Shown in pieces: positions 20,111-28,830 of a stretch of DNA of 64,000 nt (within the stretch, counting starts at the first letter, position 1; every line of letters begins with the position of its first letter). The stretch is taken from positions 17,214 to 81,213 of the IMG/VR virus record IMGVR_UViG_3300035396_001032; one strand, 5' to 3'. This DNA comes from a virus. Its lineage: Duplodnaviria > Caudoviricetes. A program made the translations under genes and the position numbers. The notes under the pieces are model-generated. The model did not search any database. It was not told the DNA's origin and saw nothing but the letters and a program-made list of their open reading frames with translations.

Positions 20111-20673
20111 TTAAAAGATTAGTAGCATTTGACTTTGACGGAACACTGATGAATTCTCCTGAACAAGAGAATGGCATACAGTTATGGCAAGATAAAATGG
20201 GTTACCCATATCCACATAAAGGCTGGTGGGGCAGACCTGAAAGCCTTGACTTAGATGTTTTTGACATCAGACCGTTTCCAAGCGTGCTGAAACAATTAGA
20301 AAAAGAGGTTTCAACACCAGATACTTATGTGATAATATTAACATCACGTATGGAAAAGTTACGCCCACAACTCGAAGCAGTCTTAAATAAAAACAATATT
20401 CGTGTTGATAAGGTTGACATGAAGCGTAGTGAAAGAACGAAGGGTGAGAAAATTTTAAGGTATTTAGAAGAGTTTCCAAGCATTGAAGAGATTAATGTAT
20501 ATGATGACCGTGATACAGATATTCAGTCATATGAGGGTATTCGTAACATGATTCCTAAAAACATAGTATTTAATATATACTTGGCTGCAAGTGGTAGTCT
20601 ATCATTGCTTGAAGCCAAAAATAAAATAGTTACCATTGTAAATGAGGTGATTTCGAGTTTTATAAAAAAATAG
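20107..20673 (+). CDS. HAD-family phosphatase (Swiss-Army-Knife RNA-repair-like HAD)
   Basis: LVAFDFDGTL (motif I), ILTSR (II), TKGEK (III), VYDDRD (IV); HKGWWGRPESL segment typical of this HAD clade (by eye). Confidence 0.85.
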   Translation: MIKRLVAFDFDGTLMNSPEQENGIQLWQDKMGYPYPHKGWWGRPESLDLDVFDIRPFPSVLKQLEKEVSTPDTYVIILTSRMEKLRPQLEAVLNKNNIRVDKVDMKRSERTKGEKILRYLEEFPSIEEINVYDDRDTDIQSYEGIRNMIPKNIVFNIYLAASGSLSLLEAKNKIVTIVNEVISSFIKK

Positions 20674-20677
20674 TAAT

Positions 20678-21046
20678 ATGAAAAAAGTATTAATTCCCGA
20701 AGATAATGACATGAATTTCTATCTGTTTACTGAAATGTTGAACGAATTTGATATTGAATTAATTCAGGTAAAAAATGGCTTACAGGCGGTGGAATATTGT
20801 GATAAGTATTCAGATGTTTGTTTAATACTAATGGATATTAATATGCCAGTAATGGGTGGAGAAGAGGCTGCGGTTATTATCAAACAAAGACATCCAGAAA
20901 TTCCAATAATATCACAAACAGCATATAGTGTTTATGGTGCAGTTTCTGAGAAAAATAAAAGTTGTTTTGCACAATTCATTGAGAAACCAATTAATATTGA
21001 GGGATTAAAAGCTATTATTAGGAAATATTGTTTCGATGAAAAATAA
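20678..21046 (+). CDS. Stand-alone response-regulator receiver (CheY-like)
   Basis: LIPEDN (acidic pair), LILMDINMPVMGG (phospho-Asp), IISQTA (Thr), IEKPI (Lys-Pro). Confidence 0.9.
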   Translation: MKKVLIPEDNDMNFYLFTEMLNEFDIELIQVKNGLQAVEYCDKYSDVCLILMDINMPVMGGEEAAVIIKQRHPEIPIISQTAYSVYGAVSEKNKSCFAQFIEKPINIEGLKAIIRKYCFDEK

Positions 21047-21053
21047 AACATCT

Positions 21054-21062
21054 GTATTTATA
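21054..21062 (+). promoter_or_regulatory. GTATTTAT phage promoter motif
   Basis: GTATTTATA 23 nt before ATG 21077. Confidence 0.7.
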
Positions 21063-21076
21063 TTAAAAATATTACG

Positions 21077-21907
21077 ATGATTGACATGAGATATAAACCA
21101 CGTTTTTTACCACAAGTAAGTGCACCATTTGATATTGTGCTACAAAAACTTGATGATGATGGTGTGGGTTATGAAACAACAGAAGTTGACCCTAATGAAT
21201 TACAACCATCACAAGGAATTACATTTAGTGATGAAGTTGGTCATGTAAATGTCGATGACATGAATCCAATTTGGATTAGCAATGACATGAAAGTTCTTGA
21301 TGGTCATCATAGAATGGTTCGTGCATTACTTGATAACATTAAAATAAAGGCAGTTAAAATTGACTTGAATGACAAGGATGCCAGTAGAGTTTTAAATAAG
21401 ATTCAGGACATTTACGAATACGAGCAGTCAAGTAATATGGAAGAGGTTGTTGGACAAGATGTAATAAATTCCGACAATCAAATCAATAGTGGAGTTAGTG
21501 ACAGCGAATTTCTATCTTCATTAGAAGAAGATAATCTTGCAGTCCAGACTGAAACTCCGAGTGCCAATCAGCAATCAATTATTGCATATCGAAAAGAACC
21601 GATAAAAGAAAACTCAATCGTTGGAAACTTTTTTACTCTAAAGCCAGTAAAAGGATTCGATAAATATCAGATTGATTTTGAAAATCTATTAGATACTGCT
21701 TCACTTGGCGTTACATATAAAGATGGTCAACAGCCTGTGGATATTTTGGCAAAAAGCTGGTTTCCACACGTAAACTTTGAAAAACTAAGTGAACAATATA
21801 ATTCACCCTCAATTAATTTAAAAAATAAAGCTATTGCAGAAAAAGCAAGAAAAATGGGTTATGATGGAATCAAATACGGTGACACACTAATCCAAGGATT
21901 AAAATAA
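21077..21907 (+). CDS. ParB/sulfiredoxin-like domain fused to a possible ADP-ribosyltransferase-like domain
   Basis: VDPNELQPSQ...PIWIS..MKVLDGHHR (ParB/Srx GHHR motif). C-terminal AYR...GNFFT...KMGYDGIKY resembles polyvalent-protein ART folds (weaker call). Confidence 0.6.
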   Translation: MIDMRYKPRFLPQVSAPFDIVLQKLDDDGVGYETTEVDPNELQPSQGITFSDEVGHVNVDDMNPIWISNDMKVLDGHHRMVRALLDNIKIKAVKIDLNDKDASRVLNKIQDIYEYEQSSNMEEVVGQDVINSDNQINSGVSDSEFLSSLEEDNLAVQTETPSANQQSIIAYRKEPIKENSIVGNFFTLKPVKGFDKYQIDFENLLDTASLGVTYKDGQQPVDILAKSWFPHVNFEKLSEQYNSPSINLKNKAIAEKARKMGYDGIKYGDTLIQGLK

Positions 21908-21915
21908 CTAAAACT

Positions 21916-22287
21916 ATGTGCACATACAAAATTACTAACATAACAAACAGTCTTGGAAAACGTGAACACAATTTCAACGCAGTACTTAATGTTGAATATG
22001 TAGATAATATTACGAAGAAAATAATTGCTGTGAAACCGGGGGAAACCGTCTTTCTAACAGTGCCTTCACTTCCACTATCAGTACATAGATTAAGAATAAA
22101 AAACCTAATCACAGTATCTGAAATTGGAACAGTTGAACTCACTAAGTTAGTAGAAGAAGCTAAACCTAAAACAGTGAAAAAATCTGTCGTGGTAGATGAT
22201 GACGAAGAAAAAATTGTTGCAGCAAAGACAGCATTCAATAAAAAAAAACTAAGTAAAAAAGAAGAGGAAACTGAGACAGAAGCCTAA
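21916..22287 (+). CDS. Hypothetical protein
   Basis: 123-aa ORF with a charged disordered tail, followed by a terminator. Confidence 0.7.
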   Translation: MCTYKITNITNSLGKREHNFNAVLNVEYVDNITKKIIAVKPGETVFLTVPSLPLSVHRLRIKNLITVSEIGTVELTKLVEEAKPKTVKKSVVVDDDEEKIVAAKTAFNKKKLSKKEEETETEA

Positions 22288-22310
22288 TAATATTCGATTA
22301 TCAAATAAGT

Positions 22311-22337
22311 AAAAGCCAACTAAATGTTGGCTTTTTT
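22311..22337 (+). terminator. Intrinsic terminator
   Basis: AAAAGCCAAC-taaat-GTTGGCTTTT plus T-run. Confidence 0.85.
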
Positions 22338-22427
22338 CATTATTATTTCAAGATTATTCAAGATTTATCGATTTTTCACGTATTTAATAATAAATTACAT
22401 TATTTTATAATTATTTATAAAGACAAT

Positions 22428-23807
22428 ATGGACGGCAAAATCAGAATCTTATTTTATAACCTTGACGGTGCAGGGGTTAATTATTTTAGAACACTAACAC
22501 CAGCAACTGAACTCGATAGAAATCATAGTGATGAATTTCACGTAGAGATAAATCCTGAACTGGATTTCAATGACCCAAAAATAGTTGACTATTTAAAAAC
22601 ATTTCATATCATTCATTACCATCGTCAGTTTTTGGGTGAAACCAAACAGATGTTAGCACTTGCAAGTGAATTGAGAAAAGCTGGTACAATATTGATGGTG
22701 GATATCGATGACTACTGGAACTTACATAAGAAACATCCATTCTATGCAATGAATCTTGAAAAGAAATTGCATGTTCCAATCATTGAAAACTTAAAGATTG
22801 CAGATTACGTTACAACTACTACAGATATTTTTGCATCTGAAATCCGTAAGGTAACTGGAAAAGATAATGTTGAGGTATTTTATAACTCAACTGACCCTAC
22901 ATGGATGAAACAATTCCAAAATAACTGGAAACCAGACCCAGATGGTAGAATTCGAATCACATATATGGCAGGTTCTTCTCACATGGGTGACGTTGAACAA
23001 CTGGAAAGTGTGTTTAATGTACTTAATTCTGACCCAGAATTGAAAGACAGGTTCAAAGTAATTATCGCTGGTTGGGATACTGAAGGTAGTACTACTGACG
23101 TTACATTCAATCAGGAATTTGGTGATGAATTGCAAAAAATGGGATTGTGGACTAATCATGTTGTTAAAGCGATTAACAAGTCCAAAGGTGATATTAATCT
23201 AATCCCAATACCACAGGCATTGAAAGATAAATACAGGGATAAAGTGTTTAACCAAAAACAAAGAGATATTCAGTCAACAGAGAGTGTATATTTGATTTAT
23301 GAAAACATTCTTACTGATAATCATAGAAACATTACCAATAAAGATTATATCGAATGGCTTGGAAATTACGAAAGAAATGTAACCTATGAAAATGAGGGTA
23401 ATTTCGGCAGACGTTGGACACAAAAAGCCAATACTTATGCACAAGTACTTGATGAAACTGATATTGTAATCGCACCTCTTGCTGATAACGAATTTAATCG
23501 AATGAAATCAAACTTGAAACAGGTAGAATGCTGGACAAGAAAACTTCCAATCGTATGCAGCGATATTCCACCATATAACGTTCATGGTAAACATATGGAA
23601 AATTGTATATTAATTCCCGCAGAAAAGAACGCACATAAGTACTGGAAGAAGTACTTGAAAAAATTAATATTAGATGCTGACCTTCGTAAGAAACTTGGTG
23701 AGCAACTATATGAAGACTTCAAAGTTGAATATAATTTGGCAGAAGTTACAAAGAAGCGTGCTGAATTTTATAAAGCAGCAGTAGCAAAAACATTAGCAAT
23801 AGTTTAA
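22428..23807 (+). CDS. GT-B fold glycosyltransferase (GT4-like)
   Basis: MVDIDDYW, ADYVTTTT, RITYMAGSSH, DIVIAPLADNEFNRMKSNLKQVE...PIVCSDIPPY donor-binding signature. Confidence 0.85.
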   Translation: MDGKIRILFYNLDGAGVNYFRTLTPATELDRNHSDEFHVEINPELDFNDPKIVDYLKTFHIIHYHRQFLGETKQMLALASELRKAGTILMVDIDDYWNLHKKHPFYAMNLEKKLHVPIIENLKIADYVTTTTDIFASEIRKVTGKDNVEVFYNSTDPTWMKQFQNNWKPDPDGRIRITYMAGSSHMGDVEQLESVFNVLNSDPELKDRFKVIIAGWDTEGSTTDVTFNQEFGDELQKMGLWTNHVVKAINKSKGDINLIPIPQALKDKYRDKVFNQKQRDIQSTESVYLIYENILTDNHRNITNKDYIEWLGNYERNVTYENEGNFGRRWTQKANTYAQVLDETDIVIAPLADNEFNRMKSNLKQVECWTRKLPIVCSDIPPYNVHGKHMENCILIPAEKNAHKYWKKYLKKLILDADLRKKLGEQLYEDFKVEYNLAEVTKKRAEFYKAAVAKTLAIV

Positions 23808-23817
23808 ATTTAATAAC

Positions 23818-24348
23818 ATGAGAATATTTAGTTTTTTAAAAAGAAAGCCAAAACATCTATCGGTAGTTGAATACGATAAACTGGTAGATAGTAAGTTGGA
23901 AAAAATTCGTGCATTCGTTAGATTGCATATTTATGCTAAACCTGATGATAAGGATTTTGAAGAAGCATTAGCAAAAGCGTTTGAATTATATTTATTTAAT
24001 TTAAAACAAGAACTTACCAAAACAGCACCAAAATGGACAATTCCACTTCCTTGGAAGAAACGAGTATTGTCTCCAATCAATGCGATACATGCATTTAACC
24101 AAATTTATTATAGACGAAGAAAAAAAGTTGTTTGGTATAAAAGGCTACTTAGATACTTCAAGTCAATTAGAGTATATGTTATTCTATTTTTCAAGGACTT
24201 GGCATTAAGACGTGAACTTCTTGAGATTAAGAAGTTGTTTCCAGACTACAAAATGTCAAATAAAACTGCACTGGGTTTACTGAAGGCAGTTGATGTAAAT
24301 AAACGAGTAATGAAAAAGTATCCTCAAGTGACAACAACCAAGAAATAA
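23818..24348 (+). CDS. Hypothetical basic protein
   Basis: 176-aa K/R-rich ORF in the operon. Confidence 0.65.
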   Translation: MRIFSFLKRKPKHLSVVEYDKLVDSKLEKIRAFVRLHIYAKPDDKDFEEALAKAFELYLFNLKQELTKTAPKWTIPLPWKKRVLSPINAIHAFNQIYYRRRKKVVWYKRLLRYFKSIRVYVILFFKDLALRRELLEIKKLFPDYKMSNKTALGLLKAVDVNKRVMKKYPQVTTTKK

Positions 24349-25253
24349 TGAAGAAGTTCTTTCAAAACATATTGCTCTGGATTTACATTAAAATACATTT
24401 GGTGTTGGTTAACCTCAGCATTGCATTGTATAACACCGAACATGAAATTCTCAAAGCAGACCCCAATAATTTGGGTGAAAGGAATAATCACACGCAGCGA
24501 ATGCGTAGCAGGAATCCATTGCTTGAAAAGTTTTACGCTGGGAAGCGTGACGAAAAGTATGTTCAGGATTACTATGAAATACTAAAAAAAGCCGACCTAT
24601 TTATTCGAAACGCAACACCACATCAAATGGCAGTTGCTGCTGATAAATATGGTACAAGCTATGGTATGAAAGACCAATATGGTAGAAGGTATGAGCATTA
24701 TGGTTTCTTCGATGACAAACATAAACATGCTGGCAAGACTCTTGGTGAAGTACTCACCGCAGAATACGAAGAAAGACGTACTAAGGATGATGACTATGAA
24801 ATTCTCTATATTTTCAATAATAAACCAATTGAAGTTGGATTTGTAAAGGTACTCGATGTTGTGGAGCAGAGCATTAAGGAAGACGTTGAATTTGAAGTCA
24901 CAGACATGATTAAGAAATCCAAACAATTTGAATTTCCAATTAAAGCACATCGTGATGACGAAAACATTGAAAATAAAATTGAACAGCTAACAGAATATGT
25001 ACACGTAAAGAAGATTGGATTTGAATTCAGACAGCTTGAATTCTTTATACCATTGAAGTTCAAGACAATGGATATTGATGAAAATTCTCAAATTTTTAAG
25101 GAAATTACGAATATTAAGAGTATATTTGTGAAGAATGATTATGGTGAACTGACTGGATTTGGAATCATTAAATTAATTAAAAGAGTAAAACATAACGATA
25201 CTCATGAAGTCTGGAAATTCGAAGGAATTGAAATGCAGACTGTGGGACAATAA
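24348..25253 (+). CDS. Hypothetical protein
   Basis: 301-aa ORF, hydrophobic N-terminus, TAATG coupling. Confidence 0.75.
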   Translation: MKKFFQNILLWIYIKIHLVLVNLSIALYNTEHEILKADPNNLGERNNHTQRMRSRNPLLEKFYAGKRDEKYVQDYYEILKKADLFIRNATPHQMAVAADKYGTSYGMKDQYGRRYEHYGFFDDKHKHAGKTLGEVLTAEYEERRTKDDDYEILYIFNNKPIEVGFVKVLDVVEQSIKEDVEFEVTDMIKKSKQFEFPIKAHRDDENIENKIEQLTEYVHVKKIGFEFRQLEFFIPLKFKTMDIDENSQIFKEITNIKSIFVKNDYGELTGFGIIKLIKRVKHNDTHEVWKFEGIEMQTVGQ

Positions 25254-25264
25254 AAAATAGTAAT

Positions 25265-25762
25265 ATGGCATCATTTTTAGACAACCTAAAAAACGCTGTT
25301 GATAAAGGTGAATTTAATTCAGAAGCAGCGAAGAAAATATTAGAAATTAACGCACTTGCAGACAGTAAAATACCTAAAGGTGGTATTAAGAGTGAAAGAG
25401 ACCTTGAAGACTTGGAAAAAACTGTTAATGACCGTCTTGAAAAAGCTGGTGTTAGGACAGTTACTGAGGAAGAGGCTGCATCACTCAATTCTGAGTATGA
25501 GAAAAAAATGGAAGAAATTAGACTTGCTGATGCAGAAATCAAGCGCAAGGCAGACCTGATGAACTTAGTTGATAATCAGTTAAAAACTCTTGTTGAAATC
25601 GAAGAAATGGTTAAGGCAAGTGTTGTTGATATGCTTTCATTCTGCGAAGAACTTGAAGATAGTTTTGAAAAAGAACTTGATGGGGAAGACCCGATGTTTG
25701 CTGAACTATCAAAAAAGATTGATGATATTCATTCTAAATATAATTCAACTATTAATAATTAA
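25265..25762 (+). CDS. Hypothetical coiled-coil protein
   Basis: 165-aa E/K/L-rich helical ORF. Confidence 0.75.
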   Translation: MASFLDNLKNAVDKGEFNSEAAKKILEINALADSKIPKGGIKSERDLEDLEKTVNDRLEKAGVRTVTEEEAASLNSEYEKKMEEIRLADAEIKRKADLMNLVDNQLKTLVEIEEMVKASVVDMLSFCEELEDSFEKELDGEDPMFAELSKKIDDIHSKYNSTINN

Positions 25763-25773
25763 AAACAAATTTT

Positions 25774-26235
25774 ATGGCAAAAATTGAAAAAGCGTCTCAG
25801 GATGTAATTACATTATTTGATGAAGTACGAAACAAAACAAGCATTCCTCAATGGTTAATGTTTGAAGTATTGTGTAACAACAAACAGAAAGAATTGTACA
25901 AAATCGTTAAGACAAGCGATATTGTTGAGATTCTTACTGATGGTGTGAACTTCGCAGTGGTATTTAACGAGGAAATTCTCGACCAGTTAACACCAGAAAT
26001 GCAAGAAATTGCAATCGTTGAGTGTCTTGCAGGTGTAAGTGTTAGCGATAGTGATGCAGTATCTCTTGAGAAACCAAATTTTAATACACATACTGGTGTG
26101 TTGCAGAAATATGGACACGAATCCATTATTGTTTTGCACGAGTCAATTAAAAGTCTTTTCGACAAGAAAAAACAGGAAGAAGACGAGTCAAAGGCAGCTA
26201 CCAAAGGAAAACGTGGTAAAAAATCTGGTCAATAA
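25774..26235 (+). CDS. Putative phage metallopeptidase-like fold protein lacking HExxH
   Basis: FAVVFNEEILDQL..EMQEIAIVECLAGV...KPNFNTHTGVLQKYG resembles the small phage metallopeptidase family, with VECLA at the HExxH position. Confidence 0.45.
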   Translation: MAKIEKASQDVITLFDEVRNKTSIPQWLMFEVLCNNKQKELYKIVKTSDIVEILTDGVNFAVVFNEEILDQLTPEMQEIAIVECLAGVSVSDSDAVSLEKPNFNTHTGVLQKYGHESIIVLHESIKSLFDKKKQEEDESKAATKGKRGKKSGQ

Positions 26236-26261
26236 TATAATTCCGACAAGGTTCAGACAAG

Positions 26262-26291
26262 TCCCGACAACAAAATTGTCGGGATTTTTTT
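26262..26291 (+). terminator. Intrinsic terminator
   Basis: TCCCGACAA-caaaa-TTGTCGGGA plus T-run. Confidence 0.85.
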
Positions 26292-26308
26292 ATTTATAAG
26301 TATTTATA
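26291..26308 (+). promoter_or_regulatory. Tandem TATTTATA / GTATTTATA phage promoter motifs
   Basis: TATTTATA 26291-26298 and GTATTTATA 26300-26308; the second is 23 nt before ATG 26323. Confidence 0.7.
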
Positions 26309-26322
26309 GAAAATCGATTAGA

Positions 26323-26721
26323 ATGAATTCATATAATGTAACATTTCCATTTCAGGATAATAATACTACAAGAGGTTTTCTATCAATGAATCGTGTAACT
26401 AAAGATTCATATAGTTCCAATTTATTGTTATTATTATTGACACAAAAGGATGAAAGATACTGTGAACCCGAATATGGTACGAATTTATTGAAATTTATCT
26501 TCGAACCTAACGATAATATCACTGCAAGCATGGTTGAAGAAGAAATTAAAAATACTGTTTCAAAATATATTCCACAGATTAAAATAAAATCAGTTTCATT
26601 TAATTGGCTGATGGATGATTATAAGCAGCCAATATCTGAGAATCAATTAAACGTTAACGTAAAGTTTGAATATAATGAAGGTGCACTTAGTGAAACAGGT
26701 AATATTGATTTAAATTTTTAA
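26323..26721 (+). CDS. Baseplate wedge protein, T4 gp25-like
   Basis: NLLLLLLTQKDERYCEPEYGTNLLKFIFEP...EEIKNTVSKYIPQIKI matches the GPW/gp25 pattern. Confidence 0.88.
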   Translation: MNSYNVTFPFQDNNTTRGFLSMNRVTKDSYSSNLLLLLLTQKDERYCEPEYGTNLLKFIFEPNDNITASMVEEEIKNTVSKYIPQIKIKSVSFNWLMDDYKQPISENQLNVNVKFEYNEGALSETGNIDLNF

Positions 26722-26731
26722 AATATAGAAT

Positions 26732-28582
26732 ATGGCTACAGATACTACAACAAATGTAATACAATATGGAAGCAGGACTTTCGGTGAAATTAGAGCAGAC
26801 CTTATCTCTTTAATTAAACAATCATATCCTGAAGTTCTTTCAGATTTCACTGATTCAAGTGTTGGTGCAATGCTTATTGACCTTAATGCTGGTGTTACAA
26901 ATAACCTATCAATCAATACTGACAGAGTATTTCAAGAAACTCAGTTAGAATATGCTCAACAAAAGTCATCAATACTAAATCTTGCAAAGAATATGGGTTT
27001 TAATGTTCCAGCCAGAAGACCGAGTGTTACTGTTGTGGATTTCACTGTTGTCATTCCAGTACTTGGAAATAAACCAGATGCTTCATATTACCCAGTGTTG
27101 AAAAAGGGTGCACAGGTAATTGGTGGTGGAAAAATCTTCGAAACTCAAGATAACATTGATTGGAACTCTCCACTTAGTAATCTTGGTGACCCTAATCGAA
27201 GAATTGTGCCTAATTTAGACACTAATGGAATTACGGTGAGCTATCTTGTCACTAAACGTGAAGTTGTATTAAATGGTGGTACAAGCGTATTTAAAAAGAG
27301 TATTAGCACATCAGACATAGTACCATTCTTTTCAATAACACTTCCAGACCCAGACGTAATTGAAATTGAAAGTGTAATTTTATTGGAAGGTACGAGTTAC
27401 GTTAGTAATCCAGAAATCGGTGCATTTTATAATTTCAACGATAGATATTATGAAGTAGATTATCTTGCACAACAACGAGTTTTTGTTGAAGATAGTTCAA
27501 GTTCACAAGTGAATCTTAATTCAGATGGATTAAAGGCAGCAACTTGGATTGATGTAACAAAAAAATTCATAAAAGAATTCACACCTCAAGGATATTGTAA
27601 ATTAACATTTGGTTCAGGTGATGCAGATGTGAATGCCTTTCAAGACGGATTTCTTAAAGAAGGTGTTAGCAATCGCTATTTTCTCGAAAACTTTTTAAAT
27701 AACACGGCTTTAGGTGAAAAATTAAAAGCAAACTATACATTATTTGTTCGATATAGAACAGGTGGTGGAGTTAACTCAAATATTGGTTCAGAAGTTCTAA
27801 CACAACTTGGTTCATACGAATTATCTGTAAATGGTTCTCGTCAGGACTATAATCAGGCAGTGCAAAGAAGTTTAAAAACGACTAATCCAATCCCAGCAAT
27901 TGGTGGAAACGATGGATTGAGTATTGAGCAAATCAGACAATTGATTAAATATAATTTCTCTGCACAAAATAGGGATGTAACACTGACTGACTATTTATTA
28001 CAGGTCTATAAGATGCCCGGGAAGTTCGGCTCTCCCTTTCGTGCCAATGCTTTCAAAGAAAATAATAAGGTAGTAATTTCAATTCTTGACATTGGTTCTG
28101 ATGGTAAACTTTATAATGGTAGTAACTCACTACTAAAAGGAAATATTGCTGAATATCTCACGCAGTTCAGAATGATTAATGATTATGTTGAAATTAAAGA
28201 CGGTAAAATATATAATCTTGCATTTGAAATCGATGCATATGTTGAAAACATTACTGACAATACGATTGCCAATAGTATTATCACACTTGTCATGGATTAC
28301 TTCAACATCAATACACATGAAATGAACCAAGACGTGTTTTTGGGACCGCTTCAACGTGAGATTCTCAGTGCAAATGGTGTAATCAACGTAATTAGTATTA
28401 AAGCATTTAATATGGTCGGTGGTCAGTATTCAAGTAATACTATTGCACAGGGTATTTCGGATACAACTACTGGTGAAATTGCAATTACTAATAACACAAT
28501 ATACTCGACACAGGATTCTATGTTTGAAATCAAATATCCAGAAAAAGATATTAAGGTTTTATTGAGAAAAAAAGTTGGATAA
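26732..28582 (+). CDS. Baseplate wedge protein, T4 gp6 / baseplate-J-like
   Basis: RTFGEIRADL...DFTDSSVGAMLID...ETQLEYAQQKSSILNLAKNMGF; LTFGSG; VRYRTGGG; FSAQNRDVTLTDY. Confidence 0.88.
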   Translation: MATDTTTNVIQYGSRTFGEIRADLISLIKQSYPEVLSDFTDSSVGAMLIDLNAGVTNNLSINTDRVFQETQLEYAQQKSSILNLAKNMGFNVPARRPSVTVVDFTVVIPVLGNKPDASYYPVLKKGAQVIGGGKIFETQDNIDWNSPLSNLGDPNRRIVPNLDTNGITVSYLVTKREVVLNGGTSVFKKSISTSDIVPFFSITLPDPDVIEIESVILLEGTSYVSNPEIGAFYNFNDRYYEVDYLAQQRVFVEDSSSSQVNLNSDGLKAATWIDVTKKFIKEFTPQGYCKLTFGSGDADVNAFQDGFLKEGVSNRYFLENFLNNTALGEKLKANYTLFVRYRTGGGVNSNIGSEVLTQLGSYELSVNGSRQDYNQAVQRSLKTTNPIPAIGGNDGLSIEQIRQLIKYNFSAQNRDVTLTDYLLQVYKMPGKFGSPFRANAFKENNKVVISILDIGSDGKLYNGSNSLLKGNIAEYLTQFRMINDYVEIKDGKIYNLAFEIDAYVENITDNTIANSIITLVMDYFNINTHEMNQDVFLGPLQREILSANGVINVISIKAFNMVGGQYSSNTIAQGISDTTTGEIAITNNTIYSTQDSMFEIKYPEKDIKVLLRKKVG

Positions 28583-28827
28583 TGGAAGTGATTAAAAAGA
28601 GAGTGCTTCAAGCAGTGACTACTGGTTCAACAAGTGGTGGTACTGTAATTATTCCTGATTTAACTAAGGACTATTATTTTAAATTCCTGTTAACTCAAGA
28701 CTCACATGATATTGGATTTTTTGATGCAGTTGAAACAGAAGAAACAGAAGAAACTGTTGTATATATTTTTGTTGACAGTAACGATGATGTATTTACAGAC
28801 AGTAATAACGATATATTTATAATGTAA
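28582..28827 (+). CDS. Small virion-cluster protein
   Basis: 81-aa ORF coupled to the wedge gene; acidic C-terminus with a DSNDD/DSNND mini-repeat. Confidence 0.6.
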   Translation: MEVIKKRVLQAVTTGSTSGGTVIIPDLTKDYYFKFLLTQDSHDIGFFDAVETEETEETVVYIFVDSNDDVFTDSNNDIFIM

Positions 28828-28830
28828 AAA

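Noticed and set aside
22347-22365. TTCAAGATT direct repeat upstream of the glycosyltransferase
   Set aside because: Only two 9-nt copies in very AT-rich DNA and not seen elsewhere; could be chance.
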